The notes under the pieces: generated by a model
Databases searched by the model: none
What the model saw: the letters and a program-made list of their open reading frames with translations, nothing else
What the model was told of the DNA's origin: nothing
Position numbers and translations under genes: made by a program
Shown: one piece after another, positions 53,501 through 62,225 of the stretch
Position numbering within the stretch: the first letter of the stretch is position 1
Layout of the letters: every line of letters begins with the position of its first letter
Source: Fibrobacteria bacterium
Lineage (GTDB): Bacteria > Fibrobacterota > Fibrobacteria > UBA11236 > JADFYW01
DNA: 64,000 nucleotides
Reading direction: 5' to 3'
Assembly: GCA_050294405.1 (NCBI GenBank)
Contig: JBNKOC010000012.1
Coordinates: 448,001 to 512,000, forward strand

Positions 53501-53925
53501 CGCTTAGCTCTACAGGAAAGGCTGGAGAATACGTGGCCAGCATCCGATATAAAGCCTGGCAGCCATGGTCCGCCCTGCATCCAACCATTGGAGTAGATAC
53601 CCCCTTGATATTTGATATTTTGGATAGCTGGAATAGCCGATCATTGGGAGGCTGCACTTACCATGTTTCTCATCCAGGGGGAAGGAGTTATGAAACATTT
53701 CCTGTAAATAGTTTTGAGGCTGAGTCCAGGAGAATAAGCCGGTTTTGGGATATTGGCCATTCCCAGGGTGAAATAACTCCCCTTCAACATTCCAGTAATG
53801 TTGTTAGTCTGGGAAGGGGTGTTAGCATCAAGAGCCCATCGGCAGGATTTATATATCAGGAGCCTCCAATTAACCTTGAGTTTCCACATACGCTTGATTT
53901 AAGGAAAAGCCATAAAGTAAGATGA
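50581..53925 (+). CDS. Transglutaminase fused to DUF2126 (putative COOH-NH2 amidoligase)
   Basis: GSCRDFAWLL, DLHAWAEVY, LTMGGEPTFVS, TPDPGVIEVNIHP, TGGGNHVTLGG, ELRAFDMPPH. Confidence 0.9.
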   Translation: MTLKVVISHKTFYQFDRLVTISPHVFRLRPAPHSRTPIYAYSMKIKPEKQFFNWQQDPFGNYQARLVFPEKSREMSIEVEIIADLTAINPFDFFVEESAKYFPFKYDRLTKRELNPYLKTSRKGKLFSEWLNSIDRSKKITIDFLIDINQKINNMLKYNIRMQPGVQSCEVTLRKKSGSCRDFAWLLVQTLRHLGFGARFVSGYLVQLKADVKSLDGPSGPEEDFTDLHAWAEVYVPGAGWIGLDSTSGLLAGEGHIPLACTPSFEGAAPVTGTTDICKTVFSYENTVKRIFESPRVTKPYTDNQWLKINQLGEKVENELQKNDVRLTMGGEPTFVSIDDMESAQWNTEADGEEKRKRAIDLSKKLLKRFGKGGVLHHPQGKWYPGEILPRWEIALYWRKDGNPIWKNPNLLGTPNSNNQNINISLAKNFLQKLCDKLSVDQKYLIPGYEDAFYFYWEKEKLPTDLEPENIDLKSPPVMQKLTELLNKGLSEPAGFALPLHYGKQGWDSSDWKLKRKRLVLIPGNSPMGLRLPLESLMLKPEREPGPVMPKDNFSSLGKLPESSQIIERRNKTEKFSTFDASSGNLIRTALCIEPRAGSLYVFLPPLESSEAFLDLVCCIEAVSAQLNVQIILEGYSPPEDHRIQKLKVTPDPGVIEVNIHPSQSWSELCENTFALYKEAELSRLGTQKFMLDGKHTGTGGGNHVTLGGATPSDSPLLRRPDLLRSLITYWQHHPGLSYLFSGAFIGPTSQAPRVDEGRAENLYELEIAFSQIPSSKEVPFWLTDRLFRHLLTDITGNTHRSEFCIDKLYSPDSSSGRLGILELRAFDMPPHARMSLTQMLLVRTLVVWFWQKPYKHKLIRWGTELHDRYLMEHYVREDMNDIVEQLNREGYPLELDWFNPFFEFRFPLYGIVHINRVELELRAAIEPWNVLGEEMTGRGTSRYVDSSVERLQVKLNNFIEDRYILTCNGVRIPLSSTGKAGEYVASIRYKAWQPWSALHPTIGVDTPLIFDILDSWNSRSLGGCTYHVSHPGGRSYETFPVNSFEAESRRISRFWDIGHSQGEITPLQHSSNVVSLGRGVSIKSPSAGFIYQEPPINLEFPHTLDLRKSHKVR

Positions 53926-56501
53926 GCACCACCCCTTTAAATTCCAAGTCTATGTTTTCTGATTATTTCAAGGAAAATGGTTATGATGAATTGGGAAGTT
54001 CCATTGGGAATATAAAAGCCGTATGGAAACCACTAATAAAAAATTTACAAAATTTAGGGCTGGATGGACTGGCTGAAAAACAAAATCACCTAAGCTGGCA
54101 ACTTTCAGAAAATGGAATAACCTATAATGTATATGGCGATCCAAAGGGAATGAACAGGCCGTGGAATTTAGATGTGACCCCTCAACTAATCCATGAATCT
54201 GAATGGAAATTACTTGAAAAAGGATTAAAACAAAGAAGTGAACTGCTAAATCTTATTTTTAAGGATATATACGGAAAAAGAAACTTGTTGAAGTCGGGGA
54301 TAGTTCCCCCTGAGGTTATTTATAGTCATGGAGGTTTTTTACGGGTTTGTGATCAGGTTTCTTACTCTTGTGAAAAACCTCTTTATGTGCATGGCTGTGA
54401 TATGGCCAGGGGACCGGATGGAAATATGTGGGTAATAAAAGACAGGACCCAGGCGCCATCTGGAATGGGGTACGCGTTGGAAAATAGGCTAAGTCTGGAT
54501 AGGGTAGTACCTGAGCTGAGTTTAAATATGTATGTCAGGCAAATTGCAAATTTTTATGATAATTTTAAAAATCTGCTATTGGAATCTCATTCTCAAAATA
54601 ACGAGAATCCCAATATCGTTGTTATGACGCCCGGTCCGCACAATGAAACCTACTTTGAACACTCTTATTTAGCTGAATATTTTGGTTTTTCTCTGGTTCA
54701 GGGAAGAGATTTAATTGTGCGGGATGGCTATTTGTGGATGAAAAATTTGAATGGCCTTAAAAAAGTCGATGTCGTTTTAAGAAGGGTTGATGACATATAT
54801 GCAGATCCCCTTGAATTAAAAGAGGACTCACAACTCGGAGTTGCAGGATTACTGGATGTTATACGTAAAAATAATGTGACTATAGTTAATCCCATAGGAA
54901 GTCGGATCCTTGAAAACAGTGGGCTAAATCCGTTTATGCCGGCATTATGCAAGTACTTTTTAGATGAAGAGCTAATAATTCCCCAAATCGCAACCTGGTG
55001 GTGCGGGCAGGAGCTGGAAAAAAATTATGTAATGGAAAATCTTTCCCAATTGATTGTAAAAAGAATAGATCACGGGTCGGGCCATCCAATATACTACGGT
55101 TTTGACTTAACGAAATCTGAACTAATCCAGTTGAGAAATCAAATTCTTGCAAAGCCATATCTTTTTGTGGCCCAGGAAAAGGTAAGTTTCTCCACCTCAC
55201 CTACATTTACCGGGAATGGATTTGAGCCGCGTTATAGCAGTTGGCGCACTTTTTCAATTGGAACAAAAGATGGCTACAAAGTCATGCCTGGCGGTTTGGT
55301 GAGGGTTTCGCCCCAACATGGAAATATATTAGTGTCTAATCAAAAAGGTGGCACTAGCAAGGATATTTGGATTATTGCAGACTCCCCTGAACCTAAATCC
55401 AAGATTTTTAAAAAGCCCATAAGTTCCTCTATGGCGTTGCCTGGCTTGAATGAACTTCCAAGTTTAACTGCTGAAAATTTGTTCTGGGCAGGCAGATACA
55501 TTGGAAGAACATTGAGTTTGGCGCGATTCACCAGAATGGTTGTTAAAAAGTTATTGTACAATCCCTATGAAGGGGGTAACAAATTTAAACCGCAAATTAA
55601 TCATTTGTTCCAAACCTTAACAGATTTAACATGGTCCCATCCAGGTTTTTATAAGCCTGAAAATTTAAATACAAAAGCCGCAGCCTATGAAGAATTAAAT
55701 TCAATTTTATTTGATGTTAATAGGAACGGAAGCCTTTCGCAGACTATTTCCATGTTTACAAATACCTACTATTCAATTCGATATTTATGGTCTTCGGATA
55801 TGTGGAGGCTGTTTGATCGAATTGAAATAATATGGTCTGATATTCAAAACAATGCTTTTAGGGATTTGCAGGATATGTCTCAAGCGTTGGATCAGCTAAT
55901 TACAAGAATTATTGCATTTATGGGTCTGGTTGAAAAAAGCATTTTGATTAATCAGGGTTTATTGCTTTATTTTATAGGGATGCAATTGGAACAAGCCATG
56001 CAAAATGTAACTAAGTCCTATTGTATACTAACCCCTTCTTTTGAAGACGCAGTGGAATATGAGCTCCTTGAGTCCCTATTAATAAGCCATGAAAGTCTTA
56101 ACATATATAGATATAGTTACAGGACCTATATCAACCCCCTAAATGTGATTGATTTAATTTTACTTCATAAAGACTATCCTAATTCTTTAATGTTTCAATT
56201 ATCCAGAATGCAAAAAGATTTGAAAAAGATGCCTAAAGAAGGAGGAGAATCTAATTTAATGCCCCACGAGCACGGAATTTTTGAAGCATACTCCCTTTTA
56301 AGGCTGGCAAACCCCCAGAATTTGGCTGAGCAAACATTGTTGAACGGAAATCGGGCTATGTTAGGTGATTTGTTGTTGAAAATTAAACAAAACTTAATGG
56401 ATACCAATCTGGAATTTAGCAATCGATATTTTAGCCATAGCTATTCTCAAAATCAACTTCTCCAACGCAACCCTAGCCAAAGCCTTGATTTACTCAGTTG
56501 A
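53922..56501 (+). CDS. Circularly permuted ATP-grasp fused to an alpha-E domain
   Basis: DRTQAPSGMGYALENR, TPGPHNETYFEH, RRVDD, MPGGLVRV..SKDIW; C-terminal AENLFWAGRY, YPNSL. Confidence 0.88.
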   Translation: MSTTPLNSKSMFSDYFKENGYDELGSSIGNIKAVWKPLIKNLQNLGLDGLAEKQNHLSWQLSENGITYNVYGDPKGMNRPWNLDVTPQLIHESEWKLLEKGLKQRSELLNLIFKDIYGKRNLLKSGIVPPEVIYSHGGFLRVCDQVSYSCEKPLYVHGCDMARGPDGNMWVIKDRTQAPSGMGYALENRLSLDRVVPELSLNMYVRQIANFYDNFKNLLLESHSQNNENPNIVVMTPGPHNETYFEHSYLAEYFGFSLVQGRDLIVRDGYLWMKNLNGLKKVDVVLRRVDDIYADPLELKEDSQLGVAGLLDVIRKNNVTIVNPIGSRILENSGLNPFMPALCKYFLDEELIIPQIATWWCGQELEKNYVMENLSQLIVKRIDHGSGHPIYYGFDLTKSELIQLRNQILAKPYLFVAQEKVSFSTSPTFTGNGFEPRYSSWRTFSIGTKDGYKVMPGGLVRVSPQHGNILVSNQKGGTSKDIWIIADSPEPKSKIFKKPISSSMALPGLNELPSLTAENLFWAGRYIGRTLSLARFTRMVVKKLLYNPYEGGNKFKPQINHLFQTLTDLTWSHPGFYKPENLNTKAAAYEELNSILFDVNRNGSLSQTISMFTNTYYSIRYLWSSDMWRLFDRIEIIWSDIQNNAFRDLQDMSQALDQLITRIIAFMGLVEKSILINQGLLLYFIGMQLEQAMQNVTKSYCILTPSFEDAVEYELLESLLISHESLNIYRYSYRTYINPLNVIDLILLHKDYPNSLMFQLSRMQKDLKKMPKEGGESNLMPHEHGIFEAYSLLRLANPQNLAEQTLLNGNRAMLGDLLLKIKQNLMDTNLEFSNRYFSHSYSQNQLLQRNPSQSLDLLS

Positions 56502-57378
56502 ACATATAACCGAATATAAATATTCGGATTATGTAAGTTATTGCCATAATATCGCTATGTTAAAACCCCGGAGTTATAGTGGTAACGAATTAATTGACTT
56601 TACCCTTGAAATTGATCCGATTCCGGCTCAAATCAGCGAAGGGTTGGATTTTTTTGGAAATAATTTAACCCGTTTTTCCATACACGAAATGCATCAAATG
56701 TTGCGAGTTCGCTCTCACAGCTTGATTTCCAGGGGAGTGTTGCAATATGAACTAGGTGAAGGAAGAAAAATGCCTTCTCCTATTACCGTTGCCCAAACCA
56801 GAGAAGAATTAAAAAAAATTAATCCAGACTACATTTTGGCCAGGCAATATATAATTGAGTCTCAATTGATTAATAATTATCCGCAATCTATTTTAGAATA
56901 TTCCAGTAAATTTTTCGGACCAGAAACACCCTTGTTTGAAGCGTCCTTGGAATTAACATCTGGCATATATAACGATTTTGAATTTGTTCCTGGGTTTACC
57001 ACTATTACCACTCCTTTAAATGAAGTAATGGATGGGAAAAAAGGCGTATGCCAGGATTTTGCGCATATAGCCATTGCCTGTCTTCGTGCTCAGGGATTAG
57101 CCGCCCGTTATGTTAGTGGTTATATAGAAACAATTGCTCCTCCAGGCCAGCCTAAACTTACAGGGGTAGATGCCTCTCATGCCTGGTTTGCAGTTTTTAT
57201 TCCTGGAATGGGCTGGGTTGATTTTGACCCAACCAATAACCAACTTCCTGGAGAAAATTATGTGACAATGGCTTGGGGAAGGGACTACTACGATGTGCCC
57301 CCTTTAAAAGGAGTAATCTATACAAATGGAGCGAACAGTTTAAAGGTCTCCGTCCATATGGAACAGGTTAAATCATAA
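56485..57378 (+). CDS. Transglutaminase family protein
   Basis: HITEYKY, GVCQDFAH, RYVSGY, ASHAW, DPTN, GRDYYDVPP. Confidence 0.9.
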   Translation: MIYSVEHITEYKYSDYVSYCHNIAMLKPRSYSGNELIDFTLEIDPIPAQISEGLDFFGNNLTRFSIHEMHQMLRVRSHSLISRGVLQYELGEGRKMPSPITVAQTREELKKINPDYILARQYIIESQLINNYPQSILEYSSKFFGPETPLFEASLELTSGIYNDFEFVPGFTTITTPLNEVMDGKKGVCQDFAHIAIACLRAQGLAARYVSGYIETIAPPGQPKLTGVDASHAWFAVFIPGMGWVDFDPTNNQLPGENYVTMAWGRDYYDVPPLKGVIYTNGANSLKVSVHMEQVKS

Positions 57379-57379
57379 T

Positions 57380-58804
57380 TTAAAATTGCAATTGAGGAAA
57401 AGTGGCAAGTTGTACTCCCAGGGCCATTTGGGCGAATATTTTGCGGGACTGTATAATTTTAGAACATTCCTCGTTGTTATATTGAGTGCATAGAAATTCC
57501 GCTTGTAACATTTCAGGGCTGTTATCATGATTAACGGCAGCAACCGCTAGGAGAGTTTCACCATTTGTAGCTAAAGTTTCGAATAAATATTTTTCAGTTT
57601 GCCATTGGTAGTTTTCCATTGTGTTCAGATAAAGCCCTTTACGGTTTACGGTAACTCCGTATCTTGTCACGGGTTCAAAATAGCTCCATGCCTGGTCAGG
57701 AAACAATTGTCCGTTGGGGTAATCTTCCGTAAATTTTTTTTCAAACTTTATTGATTTTTGTTGAGCATCTATTAAATCGTTAGTTGGAACTATCATAAAA
57801 TTGACTTCCATTCTTGTATCACCAACGCTTGCGATATGATAATCCCCTTCATTGTATATTTTCGCCCCTTCTGGCAGGACCAGGGTGGCCCCGGATGTTT
57901 CTTCTTGGTAAATATCGTATCGAAAGGAAAATGGATCAAAATTTGAAAATAATTCTGCAAGCTGGCCAAGACTTAATTTATCATCGGCTGTTAGGGAAAG
58001 TTCTAGGAAACTTCTGGTCTTAAGTTTGGTCAGTTTTAAATTTCCAATTTTCTTGGTTTTTTCCACATCTACTTTCAAATCCGCCGCGAATAGTTCTTTA
58101 ATTCCCTTCGCATTGGGCACTTTGGTTTCTACTGAATTTTCTAATTCGAGAATTTGGTTGGAAGGAATTCCCCAACAAATACCAATAGCTCCATTTTCCA
58201 GGCCTCCGTCCACAACTCCAATGACCTTTCCCTGTTTATCTAAAATTGGGCCGCCAGATAGGCCCGGGACTAAATTGCCTTCAAGGTTGATAATTTCAAT
58301 ATCAGTACTGGGGTATTCTTTTATGTTGTTCAATGCTTTGGCAGGCAAAATAGTTTTGAGTTTATTGCCTCCAAACCTCACTTTAATTTCCGTACTGCTG
58401 GCGCTGGAAATGTTTAAGGGGAAGCCAAGAGCATCCAGAGTTTGCTTTGCCTTTGGAAGCTCAACATTAAGACTAAGAGCTGCGCGATTTAAAGGTGCTA
58501 GAAGGGATAATAATACCAGATCAGATTTTTTGAGCACTTTAATTACTTTGGCCTTGGAAGTTTTGATGATTTTTCCATCATCATTGATATATTTGACTAA
58601 TATTTTTGATTTTCCATCTACAACATGCAAAGATGTTACGACCCAATCAGTTTGTTTCCAAATAAACCCTGAAGCGTTACTACTTTCTGTTTCAACCTTA
58701 ACTACAGATAAACTTGCGTTTTTTAATATTTCAGTCCCATATATGTCCAGGTTTAATATCAGGGCATATAAAAAAACAACCGATATATATATTCTTTTGT
58801 CCAT
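57380..58804 (-). CDS. Exported trypsin-like serine protease with an uncharacterised C-terminal domain
   Basis: Signal peptide; VVTSLHV, SDLVLL, GLSGGP catalytic triad motifs. Confidence 0.82.
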   Translation of the reverse strand: MDKRIYISVVFLYALILNLDIYGTEILKNASLSVVKVETESSNASGFIWKQTDWVVTSLHVVDGKSKILVKYINDDGKIIKTSKAKVIKVLKKSDLVLLSLLAPLNRAALSLNVELPKAKQTLDALGFPLNISSASSTEIKVRFGGNKLKTILPAKALNNIKEYPSTDIEIINLEGNLVPGLSGGPILDKQGKVIGVVDGGLENGAIGICWGIPSNQILELENSVETKVPNAKGIKELFAADLKVDVEKTKKIGNLKLTKLKTRSFLELSLTADDKLSLGQLAELFSNFDPFSFRYDIYQEETSGATLVLPEGAKIYNEGDYHIASVGDTRMEVNFMIVPTNDLIDAQQKSIKFEKKFTEDYPNGQLFPDQAWSYFEPVTRYGVTVNRKGLYLNTMENYQWQTEKYLFETLATNGETLLAVAAVNHDNSPEMLQAEFLCTQYNNEECSKIIQSRKIFAQMALGVQLATFPQLQF

Positions 58805-59460
58805 TACTCCGGGCTGCAGTAATCCTTTAGAATGGAATTTAAAATTTGCTCTTTATCTTCCTTATTGATGTTGCTGCTTAATAAGGAATTTGTAGTACTG
58901 GCTAAGTGTTTCAAGTTGAATGCTTGATAATATTCATAGGCAGATTGCAACCCGTCAAATTTATCTAACTGGATTTTATCGCAAAGGCTGGTATCTTTTT
59001 CTGAGAACAGTACCGTTTGCTTAATTTGACTGGCAATTAGTGTGGCCGAATCTGCCACTGTTGCATTTTTAGGCAAAAGGTACTTTTCTTTTATTATGTC
59101 TCTGGATTCTGATTCACTATATCCCAAATTTAATAGTTCCTGATAATTTTCTTGCAGACTTTTGTCTCTAGGAGATAAAAAGTCATGTGTGCGCATATAT
59201 ATCCCCATAATAATTCCGAGTATACATGCTAATCCAAAGGACCCTGCCCGCACCCCTACAATTTTCAGTTGTTCAGTGGAAACTTTAGGCTCAGATTTCT
59301 TGTCGCCTGCAAGGCCGGGAAGGTCAGCCCCTATTAATGAGGATAGCAAAGCTGTTATGGACCCGACAACCAAGCCTACAATAGGCGAAGAAGACAACCC
59401 TAAAAGGAAACCAATTAGTAGCCCTAAACCTACTCCCGAATAAACTTGAGAAAAAATCAT
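58804..59460 (-). CDS. Membrane protein, hypothetical
   Basis: About three Gly-rich N-terminal TM segments; its stop overlaps the protease ATG. Confidence 0.7.
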   Translation of the reverse strand: MIFSQVYSGVGLGLLIGFLLGLSSSPIVGLVVGSITALLSSLIGADLPGLAGDKKSEPKVSTEQLKIVGVRAGSFGLACILGIIMGIYMRTHDFLSPRDKSLQENYQELLNLGYSESESRDIIKEKYLLPKNATVADSATLIASQIKQTVLFSEKDTSLCDKIQLDKFDGLQSAYEYYQAFNLKHLASTTNSLLSSNINKEDKEQILNSILKDYCSPE

Positions 59461-59534
59461 TTCTTAAAAATTGTTGTGATTTTCAAAATATAGAATATTG
59501 AAATATAAAATAGTGCTTCAATTTACCAGAGGGG

Positions 59535-60173
59535 TTACCTATCGAAGAAACCGATTCCTTGGAAAATTTTATCCATACATTTTTCAATTCGGGAGGTTCG
59601 CGTAGCAGATTGCTTAGGCTGGGAAAAATAAATTAAATAGCCTTTTTGCCGACCAGGAGTTAATTTTTTAAACGCCTTTTCAAATCTTGGGTTATTTAAA
59701 AAAATTTCATTCAGTTCCTCTGGAATAGGATATTCATCAACAGATTTAAAGGAAACTTTAAGCCCTTTCTTTTCTATTTCAATTGCCTGGGAAATAAAAG
59801 AGGATATTGTTTTTTCCATTCTTTTTATTTCGTTTGTGTTTGTGAATTTGAGTAGTCGGGAGGCTTGTGAATGGTCTCCTGGGCTAAATAATTTATTATC
59901 GGGGTCCTTAATTAGGGAACCTTTAAAAAAACTAATGGAAGCGTATTCCTTGAATGCGCTAATAATACATATGTTTTTTTTGCCTGATGTATAACAGGGT
60001 ACGCCCCATTTTATTTCTTCATGCAAGTTCATTTTAAGGGCTATTTTCCGCAGAGCTTTTAACTCTTGTAACCAGCTGTTTACTTTACATTGGGGAGTGC
60101 TGGCGTAGGAGCAGCGCCCACAACCTTTTTTTAAATACTCATCTACAGTTAAAGGTTTTTTATCCATATTCAC
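59535..60173 (-). CDS. YdeI/OmpD-associated family protein (DUF1801 + OmdA)
   Basis: EEIKWGVPCY, FFKGSL, LTPGRQKGYL..KQSATRTSRI. Confidence 0.9.
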   Translation of the reverse strand: MNMDKKPLTVDEYLKKGCGRCSYASTPQCKVNSWLQELKALRKIALKMNLHEEIKWGVPCYTSGKKNICIISAFKEYASISFFKGSLIKDPDNKLFSPGDHSQASRLLKFTNTNEIKRMEKTISSFISQAIEIEKKGLKVSFKSVDEYPIPEELNEIFLNNPRFEKAFKKLTPGRQKGYLIYFSQPKQSATRTSRIEKCMDKIFQGIGFFDR

Positions 60174-60342
60174 TACCCTATCGGATTAAGCTCAATTTGT
60201 ACATAAAACCTAAATAAAAATACATTTAAAGCCAGGAAATCAAAAAATTTTTCGAATCCAGTTGGCCAGAGTAAATTTTCGTTTATTTTAAAAAAAGAAT
60301 TGCCGGGAAATTTTTTCAATCGGCGATAATCCGGGGGGATAG

Positions 60343-61740
60343 ATGAATATAAATCCAAAATTGGCTTTTTCTTTTGTTTTGATTGGTTTTTTCTTTGCAC
60401 ATGCCCAGAAAGATAAGTTTGAAAAAGTTCAGCTTTCCGATGAATATTGGGCCGAAGCCGCCTATGCGGCAGATTTAAATAATGACGGCAATGTGGATGT
60501 AGTTGCAGGGGCGGCCTGGTGGGAGGGTCCTGATTTTAATCAGCAGCATAGTTTTTATAATCAAGGTCCCTATACAGGCCAATATTCCAGTTGCTGGAGG
60601 ATTTATGCTTTTGATATTAATGACGATGGGTTTAAAGATCCCATTGTAATTAAGGGGCCTGGAAATGACGCTCACTGGTACCAAAATAATGGAAGTACCG
60701 GAAATTGGCAGGGTCATAGAATCTCCGGTGGCAATCAGAATGAAAGCCCCATGATGTACGATATAGATGGGGATGGGTTGGTGGATTTGTTATCCGGACA
60801 AAGCGGGCGGATAGGAATTTACAAGGCGGGCTCCAACCCAACTCAGGGATGGTCCTTTATCCAGGTTTCTGAATCTGGTTTCACGGAAACCAATCTGCAC
60901 GGAATTGGGGGAGGGGATGTAAATGGGGATGGAAGGGATGACGTTTTACATAAAAATGGTTGGTGGGAACAACCTCAAAATTTGAACGGCCAGTGGATAC
61001 ATCATGAGCATGATTTTTTTGCCCCTGATTTTGTAAGGGAAAAAACAGGGGGAGCGGATATGTATACTTATGATGTGGATGGTGATGGCGACAACGATGT
61101 CATTACGAATTTGCAGGCTCATGGACGGGGAATAGGTTGGTTTGAAAATTTGGACGGGGATGGTGAAGAATTTAAGATGCATATTATATTGCCGCCTCAT
61201 TCAAGTTCCACAGGCGAAGCGGATACGGCTGGTTATGGTGTCTCCCTATTGGCTGTTCATGCGCTTGCTCTGGCAGATATGAATGGAGATGGACTTATGG
61301 ATTTGGTGGCTGGCTCCCGTTACTGGACTCATCATATTCCCATACCGGAAGGAACGGGGGAACCTCAGGTTTGGTGGTTTGAGCTCACCAGGGGGGACAG
61401 TGTTAAATATATTCCTCACGAAATAAGTGACGAAGCCAGCGTGGGTACAGGATTACATGTAACGGATATTAATGGAGATGATATGCCAGATGTTGTTGTT
61501 GCAGAACCAAACGGGGTTTTCATGTTTATTAATAAATATGAAAAGCCTGTATCAACCAAGCCTTTTGTAATTAAGCCTTCGCAGGCACTTAATAGGCCTT
61601 TAAAATTAAATGGGAAAAATGGGATATTTGCAGTGGAAATAGATTCAAAATGGGGGCTCAGGCATATTAACGGAAGGGCTATAAGAAGCATGCATAATAA
61701 AAGTATTCCTTTAACCAGGAAAATTCCTGGTTCAGAATAA
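60343..61740 (+). CDS. Secreted FG-GAP/VCBS repeat beta-propeller protein with a basic C-terminal tail
   Basis: Repeated D-x-N/D-G-D-G-x-x-D motifs; signal peptide; basic tail containing INGR. Confidence 0.88.
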   Translation: MNINPKLAFSFVLIGFFFAHAQKDKFEKVQLSDEYWAEAAYAADLNNDGNVDVVAGAAWWEGPDFNQQHSFYNQGPYTGQYSSCWRIYAFDINDDGFKDPIVIKGPGNDAHWYQNNGSTGNWQGHRISGGNQNESPMMYDIDGDGLVDLLSGQSGRIGIYKAGSNPTQGWSFIQVSESGFTETNLHGIGGGDVNGDGRDDVLHKNGWWEQPQNLNGQWIHHEHDFFAPDFVREKTGGADMYTYDVDGDGDNDVITNLQAHGRGIGWFENLDGDGEEFKMHIILPPHSSSTGEADTAGYGVSLLAVHALALADMNGDGLMDLVAGSRYWTHHIPIPEGTGEPQVWWFELTRGDSVKYIPHEISDEASVGTGLHVTDINGDDMPDVVVAEPNGVFMFINKYEKPVSTKPFVIKPSQALNRPLKLNGKNGIFAVEIDSKWGLRHINGRAIRSMHNKSIPLTRKIPGSE

Positions 61741-62225
61741 ATTTATCCATTATGCCTCCATAGAAGCAAAATCAATTGGTGAAGGGGAATATGTTTAAGA
61801 ACATTCAAAGATGCTTAGCTTTTGGGTTTGACCTACCACTTCACCCTACGGGCATATGAACAACTTTGGGTGCCCTATGGCAATTTATTTCTTTCCATGC
61901 TGCTAATTGTCATGGCCACAGTAAAACTGTGGCATCAGGTTTCAGCTTAATTTTCTAAAACACAAGACGCAGGTAATAGAACCCTTCAATTCGCAAAAAA
62001 GGCTGGTTAGGCACCGGGTTTTTGCAAATTGATTTTGTTTATAATGGCGTGACCGGCCCTGTCTATTAACATTTTGGATCCTTTATCGATCCTCGTTTTT
62101 TTTTTGGTTGCATTTTTGTCTGGATTATTCGTCGGATTTAAAGATACGAGGATGCTGTGTGGTTTCGTAATAAACTGTTAAACTTTTGCAGCGCAATTTA
62201 ATATATGAACAAAAGGAGTTTTAAA

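Noticed and set aside
58026..58868. 280-aa plus-strand ORF
   Set aside because: It is antisense to the trypsin-like protease, which has intact catalytic motifs.
60470..61500. Recurrent GATGGGGATGG-like DNA repeats
   Set aside because: Explained by FG-GAP protein repeats; not a CRISPR or other DNA repeat array.
61819..61950. Short hydrophobic reading frame (LLGLTYHF...KLWHQVSA), a possible gene remnant
   Set aside because: No convincing start or family; too weak to call a pseudogene.
62008..62027. Sigma-54-like GGCAC...TTGC upstream of 62226, with similar cases near 20484 and 34003
   Set aside because: GG-to-GC spacing is 12 nt instead of the required 10.
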